Origin: the human T2T-CHM13v2.0 reference genome, Homo sapiens
Assembly (NCBI RefSeq): GCF_009914755.1
Contig: NC_060932.1
Strand: one strand, 5' to 3'
DNA length: 64,000 nucleotides
Shown: positions 1 through 12,855 of the stretch, piece after piece
How the letters are laid out: every line of letters begins with the position of its first letter
How positions within the stretch are numbered: the first letter of the stretch is position 1
Notes under the pieces: model-generated
The model's input: the letters and a program-made list of their open reading frames with translations, nothing else
The model's database searches: none
What the model was told of the DNA's origin: nothing
Made by a program: the position numbers and the translations under genes

Positions 1-415
1 CCTCCCTACCATGGAGGCTGTCCCTGGGCACATTATACTAACCAACATTTATGGGACATTTCTGCACTCCAGGTGGGAACCAATTGCTTTACCGGGGTTA
101 GCTCATAACAACATTATGAGATAGGTGCTTATATTTTTAGTTCTTGTAGGTGGATTGACAAAGGCTTTTAGAGGTTATATAACCTGTCTAAGGTTTGCAC
201 AACTAGTAGACACTTGATTATAACCCATTTTTTTAAATAATACAAGACATGGAAGACTGAAAGTGAGGAAGTATTCCAAGTAACAAGTAGGGTGCTTTGG
301 TTGAATATGGAATATATGTTGGATGTCATCAGAGAATAGTGGGAAGGTAATTTGGAATCATTATTTGTGGTAGATCTTGGGTAGCAGTGTTCTTTAAAAA
401 TCTACTTAATTCTTC

Positions 416-640
416 AGGCTGGAGTTTTACACACTGCTTCGCTAAGCTCTGATGTTTCTGAATGTGTGCCATGCTGGGTGTTGGGGTAGAGTATTAGACA
501 GTCATTTGGTCTATAGGCTCACCACTCCCACCCTACTTAAAGCAAAGCATTTCTACTTTCATCTTTATTATAATTTAGTATAACACTCATTTCCAAGAAA
601 GGGTTCCATTGCTTAAGTATAAAAGTTTGACTGCTGTCTG
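416..640. mobile_element. Degraded hAT-Charlie MITE (MER103C-like)
   Basis: Ends resemble hAT-Charlie termini (..aagggttccattgctt..aaaagtttgactgctg); strongly diverged; boundaries approximate. Confidence 0.35.
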
Positions 641-1151
641 GAACAATGAAAAGTCACTGGAGCTATTTGAGAGGGGAGATACATGATGCCAGATACGCTG
701 CAGTAAGGTGCAGATATTTATGTGAGATAGATTGGTGTGGAAACAGGAAAGGTAGGACGATCAAAAAGGATGGTATTTACACTGAAAAAATAATAGCTTT
801 CATATTTCTGTATTTTTATTGTTAATTTTATAAACAAAGACCTTAAACATTTTAAAGTATTACTTCCAAAAACCAACTGCAGTTTGTCTGTTTGTTAGTG
901 TAACATCATTGCCTCCTTCTGAGCCTCTTTCCATAAATAAATGGTCCTCCTCCTTCTTGCTTCAAAGGGAGCCCTGCCTTAAATGAAATTCTCTTTGAAA
1001 GCAGATGTCAGGCCATTTTAGCTTTTCAATATGCTCCAGTTTTCTGCTTTAGATTAAAGTAAAACAGGGAATTCATTCTCACTGCAGGAATTATGTGATT
1101 CACCTGGGCTTTCAAAGCTGTAAGATCCCAGGAGATCAGAATGAGGCTTAC

Positions 1152-1292
1152 CGGCCTGTCTTTGTCCAGCGGATACCCTGTGTCAGCTCAGCTCCTGGCT
1201 CTTTTACTCTGCAGCGCCCTCCCAGGTGAGGTCCGCACTGGTACTCTATGCAGGGCCAGCCCAGGGATTACGTAAAGGTAAAGTGTCAGCGT
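1152..1292 (-). other. Candidate 141-nt exon (stops in all three frames)
   Basis: Minus strand reads ctcttccttcttcag|ACGCTG...GGCCG|gtaagc; repeat-free and relatively CpG-rich. Confidence 0.25.
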
Positions 1293-1624
1293 CTGAAGAA
1301 GGAAGAGTTTCCTACATTTTGTGCAAGGGGTGAATTTGAGTTCAAGCCAGCATGCATTTCTGTGCTTGAGAATAAAGTGCCATAAACACATCCAGAGATA
1401 ACATCCACAAACACCTGTCACTTCTCCCCCAATAGTTCCAGCAGTTTTCATCATCTCTGGTTCGATTAATGGCCTGCTGGCGAGGGTCAGCATAAAATGC
1501 CACCTCTACCAAATAAAACCCTTTTATGTTACAGAGACTGCTTCTGTAGAATCTGTTATTTCAAAGGAAAGACTTCCCTTTCTGATTTGAAAGATAGAAA
1601 GCATCTCTTTCATTATAACATTAA

Positions 1625-2400
1625 CACACATAACAAATCTTTATTAAGTACTTGTTACATTTCAGACAGTAGTCTAGATACTAGGGATGTAGCAGTAAGC
1701 AAAACAAAAATCCCTACCCACCCAGTACTGCTTTCCAGTGAAGAGAAATAGACAAAGTAAATAAGTAAAATCACAATATGTTAGAAAACGATAACTGCAA
1801 ATGCATGAGACTAGTTTGGAATCATTAGGGATTGTAAGTTTAAGTAAGGTTATCAGGGAAGGCTGTGGAAGCAAACCATGTCGAGATAGGCTAAGGAAAC
1901 AGCAAAGACAAAAGCCCGTGGCAGGAGAATGCCTGCAGTATAATATAGACAGAAAAAAGAGCCAGAGAGACTGCAGTGCTGAGAGCCAAGGAAAAGGGCA
2001 AAAAAGGCCAAGGGGAAAGGAAGTGGGGAAGAACATCTAGGCCCAGGTAGGCACCAGCATTTACTCCATATCAGCTGGAAAGCCACCGGAGGGTATTGAC
2101 TGGGGCTGTGTGCTTGCCATAATCTCACTTGCTTTTGCATATGACCGCTTGAGGTGCTGCACTAATAGGATGAAGAGGAGAAGAAGGAATAAGTAGACAT
2201 GTGGCATTTGTGATAACCCAAACAAGAGGACCACGGTCTTTGCTGGAGGGATGGTGAGAAGTCAATGGATACTGGTATAGGGCTTGACTGGAAAAAACAA
2301 GGAGGTCTCCGAGGCTTTTAGCTGCAACCGCTGGGAGGGTGGAGTTGTCATCACCTGAAGTGGGAAACTGCTGGGGAAGTCGGATGGGGAGGAAAGAACA
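1625..2400 (-). mobile_element. L2 LINE 3' fragment
   Basis: Begins with the reverse of the L2 3' end (acaaatctttattaagtacttgttacatttcagacagtagtctagatactagggat) followed by purine-rich L2 body; boundaries approximate. Confidence 0.7.
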
Positions 2401-3640
2401 GAGCAGGCCTGTCACAGACCTGCTGCTTGTCCCTCCTATCCCCATTTAAAAAGTGAAAGAAAATGGTTTAGAACATCCATATATATATATATGAAATTCC
2501 CAAATATTTTTAATCAACATTATAAATAACATAATAGAGGTGTATCATCAGGGTATTTGGGGAAAAATCTCTTATTCACCATTATACCCTCAGAACCTAA
2601 GGTGGGCCTGGCACAGAGCAAGTACTTCATGGGTATGCAGTTACTGAGTTCAATCGGATTTCCCAGTGTGGAGACTAACATGTAAGTTTGTTCTTAAATC
2701 GTTCCTGTTTTTATGGATATTTACAAATTATAGGGTTGTGTTACTCCCAGCCAAAAACTTAGTTCTATTCAGATGATTATGTTCTATTCAACTGAAAAGC
2801 AACCATAGCCCCAGCCAAAACAGACTAGCTGCCTCCCATCAAGCTAATCACTAACCACAGTCAAATTTTCCCCACCTAACCAGCTGACATGCTGTGAAAA
2901 TAAACTGGTTATCACAGCAAATGAGGCGGGTGGAGTTGTACACACTTGGAGAGGAGGGAACTGGCTCCCCATGTCCCCTGGGACAGGGTTTAGCGTCCCT
3001 TCTTTTCTTAACTTGCCACAGCTCCACTACTATGACCAACTATGACCATGTGTCTATTTTTTTTTAAGTAAAATCGGAAAGTTGTGTTCCTTTTCAAGAC
3101 TACTTGACACTATGAACTTTTCAAATTGCTTTATGGGAGCCTGCAACTTTCTTTTCTTTACAAACAAAAATAATAACAATGCAATTAATACAATGAGATT
3201 CTTTATGCAGATGCTTCTGGTAGGCGTTATTTTCTCTTCAGAAGTACACACCTGATACCATCTGCCTACATGAGCAAGCTACATTTTCGATCCCTTTTTC
3301 ATAGTTCTTTCTGCTGCTTAAAAGAGGGAAAAAAGGCCCTTCCACTTTATTTTATATATCTCCCACCTTGAGAAAGTGTGATTTTGCCCATTCTCTAAAA
3401 ACTTTAGGAGAATAATAATGGTCAATATCTGTAACACTTTGAAAAGCACTTTTGAGTACATTATCAAGTGTAATTTTCATACCACTATCTTGATTTTGTA
3501 AAGAAGAATATCAAAAGCTTTGATTGAATTCTAAATGAAAGGTTTAGGAAGCAGTATTCTGTGGTGCTGTTTTATTCAGTAAGTTGTCTGAAATGTGGAC
3601 AATTTTCTATTTTCTTCAGTGACCTTCAAATAAAAAATAA

Positions 3641-3805
<165 letters not shown>

Positions 3806-3924
3806 TAATTTTTTTTTCCTGAACATGAAAATTATAACTACTAGAAATTTCTTCAATTCTTATCTGTTTTTGTTGCTTTTATTTTTGGTTTTCCTTTCTA
3901 CTTATAACACTGAAGTAGAATAAA

Positions 3925-3974
3925 AAAGAACACAGGTTTTGGAGCAGGATGTTCAGATTCTGTTTTTTCCACAT

Positions 3975-4021
<47 letters not shown>

Positions 4022-4222
4022 TGACAGAGAGGGATGGAGAGAGCAGAGAGAGATAGAGAGAAAGAGAGAAACTGAGATACTTCGGGCAAGTTATGTAAAT
4101 TCTCTATGTCTTAGTTTGATCCTTTAAAAAGCAGGGATAATGATAAGCACCTGGCAGAGTCTTTGTGAGGATTACCTGGGTTAGCTCATGGAAAGCAGAT
4201 AATACTGGGCCTGAAGCATAAT
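3925..4222 (+). mobile_element. MIR interrupted by a microsatellite
   Basis: MIR core gggcaagttatgtaaattctctatgtcttagtttgatcctttaaaaagcagggataatgata. Confidence 0.7.
3977..4068. repeat. Compound microsatellite (TG)n then (GA)-rich tract
   Basis: Directly visible. Confidence 0.95.
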
Positions 4223-4249
4223 AAGCTGCCTCTTTATTCTCTTCCTGTC

Positions 4250-5892
4250 CTCTGAATGATGGAGGTCCTCAGGGATTGGTGCTGATTCCTCTCTCTTGTA
4301 TGTGCACACATTCTCTCTAGGTGGCCACACCCATTACTGTGCTTTAAGTATTATTCATCTGTCCACCTGCTTTCACCTCCTAAATGTATGTGTTTGATCC
4401 TCTCAGCTTAGATGTTTCACAGGATCTCAAACTTAACATGTCTAAATTTGAATTCTTTTTTTTTATCCCACAAGCATTTTCTTCCTGTAGTCTTCTTCGT
4501 TTTGGTAAATAACACCACCATCTGCTCAGTTAGTTAAGACAGAAACCTAGGAATCATCTGTGATTCATCTTTTCCCTCCCTCCTGAAATACAGCCCACTA
4601 CCAAATTCTGCTTCCTCCATATCAGTATATATCTCAGATCTGCCATGTCTCTTTATCTTCACTAACCTCCCTCACCCCAGCCCCATTTAAATCACCATCA
4701 TCTCCTGCGTGGCTCCCTGAACTCCATGCTTCCACACTTACCCAGTTCTAATGCCTTCCCCACACAGAAATTATGGTGATCTTTGGAAGATGTAAATCAG
4801 ATGTCACCCTCTTACTTAAAACCCATTTAACGGAGTCTTGTTGCACTTAAAACGTAAACTCCATAACCTTTAGAACCTTCACGTCAGAGATTCCTCATGA
4901 TCATGAATTCCTTACTCACTAGCCCCTGCTCTCACTGACTGTGTTGGGGGTCCCCAAGACCACTCTCAGGCTTAGTGATTCACTAGAAGGACTCAAATAA
5001 CTTAGAAAACTAGTTGTACTCATGGTTATGGTTTATTGTGACAAAAGGATTTGGGCTGAAATCAACAAAAGAAAAAGACACATAGTTTGGAATGCAGGAG
5101 AAACCAGCCATGAACTTCCAGTTGCCCTCTTCCAGCAATCATACACATAGCACTTAATTCTCCCAGCATCAGTGTATCTGACAACACATATGGAATACTG
5201 ACAACCAGGGAAGCTGCCCTGAGCCTTGATGTCCAAGGTTTTTATTGGGGATCAGCCACACAGGCATGAAGCACCCATGTAGCTGACCTTAATTCCTCAG
5301 TTTCCAGCTTCTCCAGAGGCCACATTGACACCACAAGTCCCCACCATAAATCACATTATTAACATAAACTCTCTAGTGTGGATTATGGCCCCTGTAGACA
5401 AAGACACCACTATCAGGCAGGGTATTCCAAGTATTTAGAGGTAGTTTCTTAGGAGCTGGTCAAAGGTCAGACTGTCCTTTGGAATATACAGAGTTTGGAC
5501 AACCCAGGCCTGCTAAGTTAATCCTTTACTGCACACTCACCAGCCGGCAGTTCCTAGAGCAGACCAAAGCCTTTTCCTCCTTGGGCCAGTGTCCTGTGTG
5601 CCTCCTCCTCGTTCTTCAGATCTTACTTTAAATATCACCTCTCCAAAGAGGCCATTTCTGACCACCTGACATAAGTAGGTCCATTCCCTTTATTATTTTC
5701 CATCACAGAATCCTGTTGGAATGCTTTGAAAGATTTGAGTCATGATTATGTTTGTGTGTTCTTATTTACTTGTTTATTATTTGTCTCCCCAACTAGATCT
5801 GAAGATCCATGAGGACAGGGTTCATGTTATTCCTGTGCCTCACACATTGTGTGAGACATGATTGTTATTCAAAAGACATTTGTCGAATGATG
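4250..5892 (+). mobile_element. L2 3' region split by an LTR
   Basis: L2 motifs (ctcaaacttaacatgtctaaa; taaatcagatgtcaccctc; 3' tail gacatttgtcgaatgatg). Confidence 0.75.
4936..5535 (-). mobile_element. ERVL solo LTR (MER68-like)
   Basis: 600 bp, TG...CA termini, 5-bp TSD ctcac (4931-4935 and 5536-5540); minus strand starts tgtgcagtaaaggattaacttagcagg. Confidence 0.8.
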
Positions 5893-6959
5893 GAAGCTGT
5901 TATTTTTATATTATATATTTGTGTGTGTGTGTGCATGCATGTGTGTGTGTGTCTTTTCTCCTTGGATTTTATTAGTAATTTTAGTGAATGTTTTATAAAT
6001 CTTTCTAATTTGGCATTCAAAGGTAAGGATTTTCTGTCTGCTATATCTGTAACCTCTTGGGTTAATTAGACTGACCTGGCTGGTCAGGAAATTTCTAGTT
6101 TCCATCTCTCCAGGTGTTTCTTTATGAAACTGCCCACTTTCTGAAGGAATGAGAGAGACCAGGCAGAAAGCTACCTGTTCTTCCAGCTCCTTTCCAGAAT
6201 TACTGGCATAGCTCAAGATCCATTATGATCCTTTGATCATCCCTCCATTTGCTTTGTGAATTGCATGTGTATGGCATTTGCATTTCAACTGAACCAGTGC
6301 TATTCAGTGAGTTTCCTAGAATTAATGTATCATAGCTCAGTAAGACTTTAAAGTAAGTATGACATTTTGTTTTGAATTTGACTAATATATTTAACTAATG
6401 ATGACTATAAAAATAACTGAATAAAAATGTATCTTTTTTAGTTCAAAAAAACTGACAGAAAAGAGATAAATACATTCAAAAGATTCTGATTCATAGTGAT
6501 GTGTATAATTTTGGAAATGTCACTGTAATAAACAGAAACTTCTCTCAGTTTTGAAATTTAAAAAAAACCCTCTAATTGCCCATGGCAATTTTCAGAATAT
6601 TCTTTTATTGTAATGAAATCACGTGACATGTATTTCATTCAGATTTTTTACAAGAATTTGAGAGACTGTAGTACTTTTAAGTAAAGCAGAGTTGTAAAAA
6701 CCTTCTGTGAGTGCACATTTTCTATTTCAGTACAAAACCCTGGGCATGTCATTCAAGGATCTAGAGAATTAAGAACCAGCTTTTATGTACAGCCTCATCT
6801 TCCAGTCACCTAGGACTACCCCATGCCAGCCTCGTTGCCTACTTTTTCCAGCCCTCATATATTTTACGGTCTAGCTGGAACCCCCAGGGTTGAGAATATT
6901 GACTTGAACATATGAACAACATGAATGTGCCTAAGAGCTAATTAGCATCATACAGAGAA

Positions 6960-7110
6960 CACCTGCCAGGCATGAGGAGAGCTGAGCTCTGGTCTCAGTC
7001 CTTCCTCTTATTAGCTGGATCGCTTGACTACAGATCACTGAGCCTCAGTTTTTTCATTAGTAGCATAAGGACATTGAACAAGACTATCTCCAAATTGCTT
7101 CCAGCTCTAA
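6960..7110 (+). mobile_element. MIR (MIR3-like)
   Basis: ctgagcctcagttttttcattagtagcataaggacattgaacaagactatctccaaattgcttccagctctaaa. Confidence 0.65.
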
Positions 7111-7479
7111 AAGCCTGGGTACTATCTTCCTTGTGTTGATAATCTGGAGGAGTTCATTAATTATCAAGAGATTCAATTGTGCTCAACCACCCACGTGAAC
7201 AATTCAACCTCATCAAAGGTGAATGACCAGCAAGTTGCTTCTAATGAGTGGTCACTGCTTTTAGAGATAAATCAATTTGAACTTCTCATTACTTTAGTGG
7301 TGCCTCCAAGGCTAATTACTCTCTTTGCTAGAACCTGGACTTGGAATAGATTAATTCTGATAGAAAGTTTTGCGGTAATTTTGAGAACTATCATTTATTG
7401 TAGAATATCTGAACTTTGCATGCACTTTGTCTGGCTTCCTATCAACAAGATTTCATGGGAACAGTCTGGGCTGTTCATC

Positions 7480-8250
7480 TCTTACCCACAGCTCTCTCTT
7501 TTTCAGAACCTCTCCACTCTCACTGCCATATTCCTAATTCAGATCCTCATTGTCTCCCACCTTGACAGTTTCAATGCCTATATGATTGCCCATTTCCTCT
7601 CCCTACTCAAGGCAGTTCTGTGCAGTGTGATCAGATTAATATTCCAGAAGTAAGAGTGTCTGTAGAAATAAGTACAAATTATTTGGCTTGCCATTCAAGG
7701 ACATAAACAATATAAATCCAACCTGGCTTTAAGGTATATCTCCCAGGAATTAATCATTTGCCTTTGCTCCAGGAAAATTGGATCACCCCTTGGCCCTAAC
7801 CACGTCCAGCCTCAGCTACCTCTGTACCTTCATCACCCTCATTAGTTTTTAAAGTTCTGCAAGTTTTTAAATATTACCTCTCCCAAAACAGCTGAGATGT
7901 GTTACCTCTCACATGAAGACTTAATTTTCCAACTCCAAATGGATATGACCTCTCTCTCCTTTAAATTCATCTGTTATTATGGATGCCTCTCCCATAGTGC
8001 TCATATTCTGCCTTCTATTATTTTGTACCTACATAATAAAGTTACGGAATTTCAGAGCTGCAAGAAACCTTACAGAGTATTCTTATTTGACAGATGTTTT
8101 ATGCATCCTACAGAATTCTAAACAGGGATGGAGGTTGAGTTTTTATCTAGCCTGTTGCCTTCACTATAGATACTATCACTCACCTTCCCAATTTTGTACC
8201 ATAATGTCTTGCACAAAGGCAATGCACATTCCATATTTGTTGGATAAATT
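7480..8250 (+). mobile_element. L2 fragments
   Basis: Pyrimidine-rich L2 body motifs and a degenerate 3' tail (atatttgttggataaatt). Confidence 0.5.
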
Positions 8251-8585
8251 GGATGCAAATACCTCAACATGGAAAAATGATTGTAGATGTACAAATACTC
8301 TTCTTATTAATAATATTGTTGCAAGTTACTAATACTGTTGTAAGTTAATAATGTTGAGCATTATTACAGCCTGCAAAACCTTGATTCTTTGATTGGTTCA
8401 TTCATCCAGCATTTATTGAACAACTACTCTGTATTAGGCACTGTGTTGGGTTATTGCCTTGGAGTACTTACAGATTAGCAACCTGCTTATTATGAGACTT
8501 GTGATTGAACCAAAGAGAAAAAGAGCCTTACCACTGAAATTATGATAAGAAAAATTCCATCACAGCCTTAATATATGAAGGAGAA

Positions 8586-9072
8586 TACAGCAGACTGCCA
8601 GCCATAATGCCTCCATCTTCCATCCTTTCCTGTATCTAGTTTCTCTTTCAATGTGACTCTGTAGTTTCTTACTTCAAAAGGTGTAGTGTATCTGATTTCC
8701 CCTTGATTCTGAGCTTAGCCATATGGATTGCCTTGGTCAATATAATCTTAGCAGTTGTGCCACAGGCAGAGGCTTGAAAATGCACTTGCCCGCCTCTGTT
8801 TCCTCTCTTACTTCATTGCCATGATCACAAGAACATACTGACAATAGCCTGCTGGAGAATAAGATAGTGCTGAGTTCCCCAAATCTTTTGAGTTGTAACT
8901 GTCCTGGGTTGTAACTTTTGAGTTGTAACATGTCCTAGACATGTGAGTTCAGCTAAGTCCAGGACAGATCAGTCTTGGCAGACTCATGGGCTAAATAAAT
9001 GGATATTGCATCCCACTGTGGTTGAATCGTTGTTTGTTATGCAGCATTTTGTGGCAATAGATAACTGATACA
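8586..9072 (+). mobile_element. MaLR solo LTR (old MLT1 family)
   Basis: Typical MLT1 3' end ctaaataaatgg...gttatgcagcattttgtggcaatagataactgataca; contains a local duplication of cttttgagttgtaac (8885 and 8915). Confidence 0.75.
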
Positions 9073-9875
9073 GTGAGAGGACAATCCTCAATCCTTCCCT
9101 AGCAAGGAAGTGACAATTCATTCAAATGTAGTGGTTTCTTGTTTGTTTAAATATCTAAAGGTGGCTAGATCCAATATTCATTGAATACACAAAGATATTC
9201 TGAAAAGTATATTTTGTTACAAAATTATTGCATTAAATTAGGTTAAATGAATTAGAACAATACAAAGGGCAGTTTTGGATCCTATAGAATTTCTCTATTT
9301 AGAAACGTAAAAGAGATAATACTTAACTAACTCATTTCCCTCAGGTTAATTAATGTAGACATTTCCACTACAGTTGCAGCAAATTAACATGGGCTGCTTC
9401 TCCACACCAGCAATTATCAACATGCTAACACATCCTGAATTATGGATGGTTTCATAAAATTTGACAATTTGACATTACTCTTTGAGAAATAATTCTAGTG
9501 GCACCATAAGGCTTTGGGCAATTGTGATAAATTAAGATGTATTTTTATCATAATTGGTCCTATTATCATTCACTGATATTTAATATAATCTATAGTGAAA
9601 GGTGTTTTTGATGTCTTGAATTTAACAAAAGAGCTCTTTTTTTTTTTAATATAACAGCAACTGCTTCTAAGGTGTCCAAAGTCTTCTGTTTATTGTTAAG
9701 GTTTTTCCTCAAATGTACTGGCACTTTGGAAGCATAAATCTCAAACTCAAGTGCAATCTTCCTGACTCCTAGATAAGTGAGGATCTCATGACCATTAAAA
9801 ACAATTCACAGTCTTATAACTTATATCATGCATGCTGTTATTGATACATTGCAACTTAAAAATAATTAGTAGTAG

Positions 9876-10985
9876 TATAAAAAGATCCAGAAAATAACAA
9901 GCATTAGTGAAGGTGTGGAGAAATTAGAACTCTTGTGCCTTGCTGGTGAGAAAGTAAAATGCTGCAGCTGCTGTGGAAAATTATATGATGGTTTCTTAAA
10001 GAGTTAAACATAACATTACCATATGATCCAGCAATCTCACCTCTGGGTATATACCCAAAAGAATTGAAAGCAGGGACTCAAACAAATATCTGTACACCAA
10101 TATTCATAACAATGTTATTCACAATAGGTGAATCCACATTATTCACAAAAGGTGGAAAAAGCCCAGATTTCCACTAGCAAATGAATAGATGAGTGAAGTG
10201 TGGTGATATGGTTTGGCTATGTCCCCACCCAAATCTCATCTTAAATTGTAGTTCCTATAATCCCCGCATGTCATGGGAGGGACCGGGTGGAGATAATTGA
10301 ATCATGGGAGCAGTTTCCCCCGTCCTGTTCTTGTGATAGTGAGTTAGTTCTCATGAAATCTGATGGTTTTTTAAGGGGCTTCCCCCTTTGATGAGCACTT
10401 GTTCTTCTCCTTCCTGCCACCATGTGAAGAAAAACATGTTTGTTTTCCCTTCTGCCATGACTGTAAGTTTCCTGAGGCCTCCCCAGCCATGAGGAACTGT
10501 GAGTCAATTAAACCTCTTTCCTTTATAAATTACCCAGTCTTAGGTATGTCTTTATTAGCAGTGTAAGAACAGACTAATACATGTGTTATAGACTACAATG
10601 GAATATTATTCAGACTTTAAAAGTCATGACATTCTGTTATGTGCTACAACATGAGTGAACCTTGAAAGCATTATGTAAGGTAAAATAGCAGCACAAAAGG
10701 ACAAATGTTTGTCTTGTTCCACTTATATGATGTACATAGAATAGACAAATTCATTTAGACAGAAAGTAGAATAGTAGTTGCCAGGGTCTGGGGGACATGG
10801 AAATGGGGAGTTATTTTAAGGGGTACAGAGTTTCAGTTTGAGAAGATGAAGAAGTTCTGGAGATGGATGGTGATCTTGATTTCACAACAATGTGAATGTG
10901 CTTAATGCCACTGAACTGTACACCTAAAAATTATTTAAATGGTGATTTTTATGTTAGGTATATTTTACCGTAATTTAAAAAATGA
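9876..10985 (+). mobile_element. L1MB-type 3' end, interrupted by a THE1 LTR
   Basis: ORF2 C-terminal motifs (catatgatccagcaatctcacctctgggtatatacccaaaagaattgaaagcaggg) and L1MB 3'UTR (gagatggatggtg...gccactgaactgtacac). Confidence 0.85.
10204..10581 (+). mobile_element. THE1 (THE1C-like) solo LTR
   Basis: tgatatggtttggct...agactaataca, 378 bp; TSD tgtgg/tgtgt. Confidence 0.92.
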
Positions 10986-11099
10986 AAGAGAAAAAACTAT
11001 GAATTAGTAGTTTCATTGGCATCACATACCTTCCATGGTCATTGTGGGGACATTTTCCCTCTGCATCCAGATAGCCCTTCTCTATTGGAAGAGCCAGCA

Positions 11100-11290
11100 T
11101 GATGTGGTGTGATAGTGATAAGGGCATAGGCTATAAAGTCAGATGCATAACTCTGAACCCTAAGCGTAGCTCTGATGACTGTGGGGCAAGTTAATTAACC
11201 TATTATTACCCTTAATTGTCTGTTCTGTAAATGGTGATGATAATATCTACCTAAAAAGGTGTTTTTAAAGTATTAAACATCTTGGAGTTC
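11100..11290 (+). mobile_element. MIR
   Basis: ggggcaagttaattaacct...ctgtaaatggtgatgataatatctacc. Confidence 0.7.
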
Positions 11291-12522
11291 AAAGTGTTAG
11301 TTATTTTTCACTAAGCCTTCTGAATTTTCTTCATTTTGGTTTGCTAAACACCATTTATGTTAGCAACATTTAAAGTTGTAAGTTTATTTAAAGATCAAGG
11401 ACATATCAAGGTCCACTTAGGTGTTGGAAGAGTATACTGGCATTTCCCATTTGCAGCTTTAGGCTCTTGAAGAAGCAGTGTACAATAAATAGACTTTTAT
11501 AAACATACTTTTATTCTTCAGCAACTTTAGCTTATCAAAGTTCAATATAAATAAAAAGATGCCTTGTAAATATCATCGTGATAAAGATTGTAATTCTCTT
11601 TTAATAATAAGGATGATGTGAAGTTATATGCTTAAATCACTAGCAATAGATACATGCCATTTGCTTTGTAGCCCTAGTATTTGGCATATTTTAAGTATTT
11701 AATATATGTTTTGCATGGAAGGAAGAAACACTAACTTCTGACTGCTAGAGAAGGGTAGATAGAAAACTGCAGGGTATAGCAATGAAATTGTGCTGGAAGC
11801 ATAAAGCCTTCAAAGGAAGTTCAGTAGTTGAAAGAATTGTCAGAAAAGTTTATTTCTTGCTATTGCAGAGTGTTGGATATAGTGATACCAACTATATAGT
11901 GATAAAAAAATAAAGATTTTTTTCTCGTGTAAAAATAAAAAAAGGTATTATGTAGGTATGAGAAATAAAACATGTTCCTATAACAACCCAAAAGTAAATG
12001 TTATGGTTTCACTTTGCTGGAGGGGTTGACTTCTATTTGCTCCTTTAGTCATCCCTTTTCTTGCATACAACTAAATGTAGAAATGACTAATGGGGCTACA
12101 ACACATATTGCAAGAGAACACTATGAAGGAAAAAATGGATTGTTTTCATCACAAAGCAAGGTAGTATATCTAGGTATATTGGAAAAAAAACTTAATAAAA
12201 AGTGTTTAAGTATCTTTGCCAAGAATTTTTTTAATCAAAGCTTTTATGTTTATGAGCTTCCTGATGGAAGCAATGAGTAGCAGTCTTTGCTTAATTTGTT
12301 TCAAAGCAATATTGAAGAAAATTGAACAAAATATGCAATAAGAAAAATTCTGTGCTGGTCCCCAGGGTATGGACTATCTGACAATATAATAGATGTTTTC
12401 CATTTCCCTGTGTCTAGAAGTCTAGGTGGTTGCAGGCCATATATTACCCTTGGTTCACTCCCACCATTTTCCCTGACATTAATGGGAGGCTTGTTGCAGA
12501 AATAAGGCAATCTGCAGTCGGA

Positions 12523-12855
12523 TTTTTTTTTTTTTGAGATGAGTCTCACTCTGTCACCTAGGCTGGAGTGCAATGGTGCCATCTCAGCTCACTGCAACCT
12601 CCGCTTCCTGGGTTCAGCGTGATCTCGGCTCACTGCAACCTCCACCTCCTGGTTTCAAGCGATTCTTCTGCCTCAGCCTCCTGAGTAGCTGGGATTACAG
12701 GCACGAACCTCCACACTCGGCTGATTTTTGTATTTTTAGTAGAGACGGGATTTCATCATGTTGGTCAGGCTGGTCTCGAGCTCCTGACCTCGTGATCCTC
12801 CCGCCTCGGCCTCCCAAAGTGCTGGGATTACAGGCATGAGTCACCGCGCCTGGCC
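12523..12855 (-). mobile_element. AluS (AluSg-like) with internal 41-bp duplication
   Basis: Full dimer; TSD tgcagtc(g/t)gattttt at 12513 and 12856; duplicated unit at 12576-12616 and 12617-12657. Confidence 0.95.

Noticed and set aside
1215-1225. 11-nt plus-strand microexon (ctgcag|cgccctcccag|gtgagg)
   Set aside because: Frame-shifting length and no supporting context; such pairs arise by chance.
7177-7653. 158-aa hydrophobic ORF
   Set aside because: Non-ATG start and the second half is pyrimidine-rich L2 sequence, which mimics transmembrane composition.
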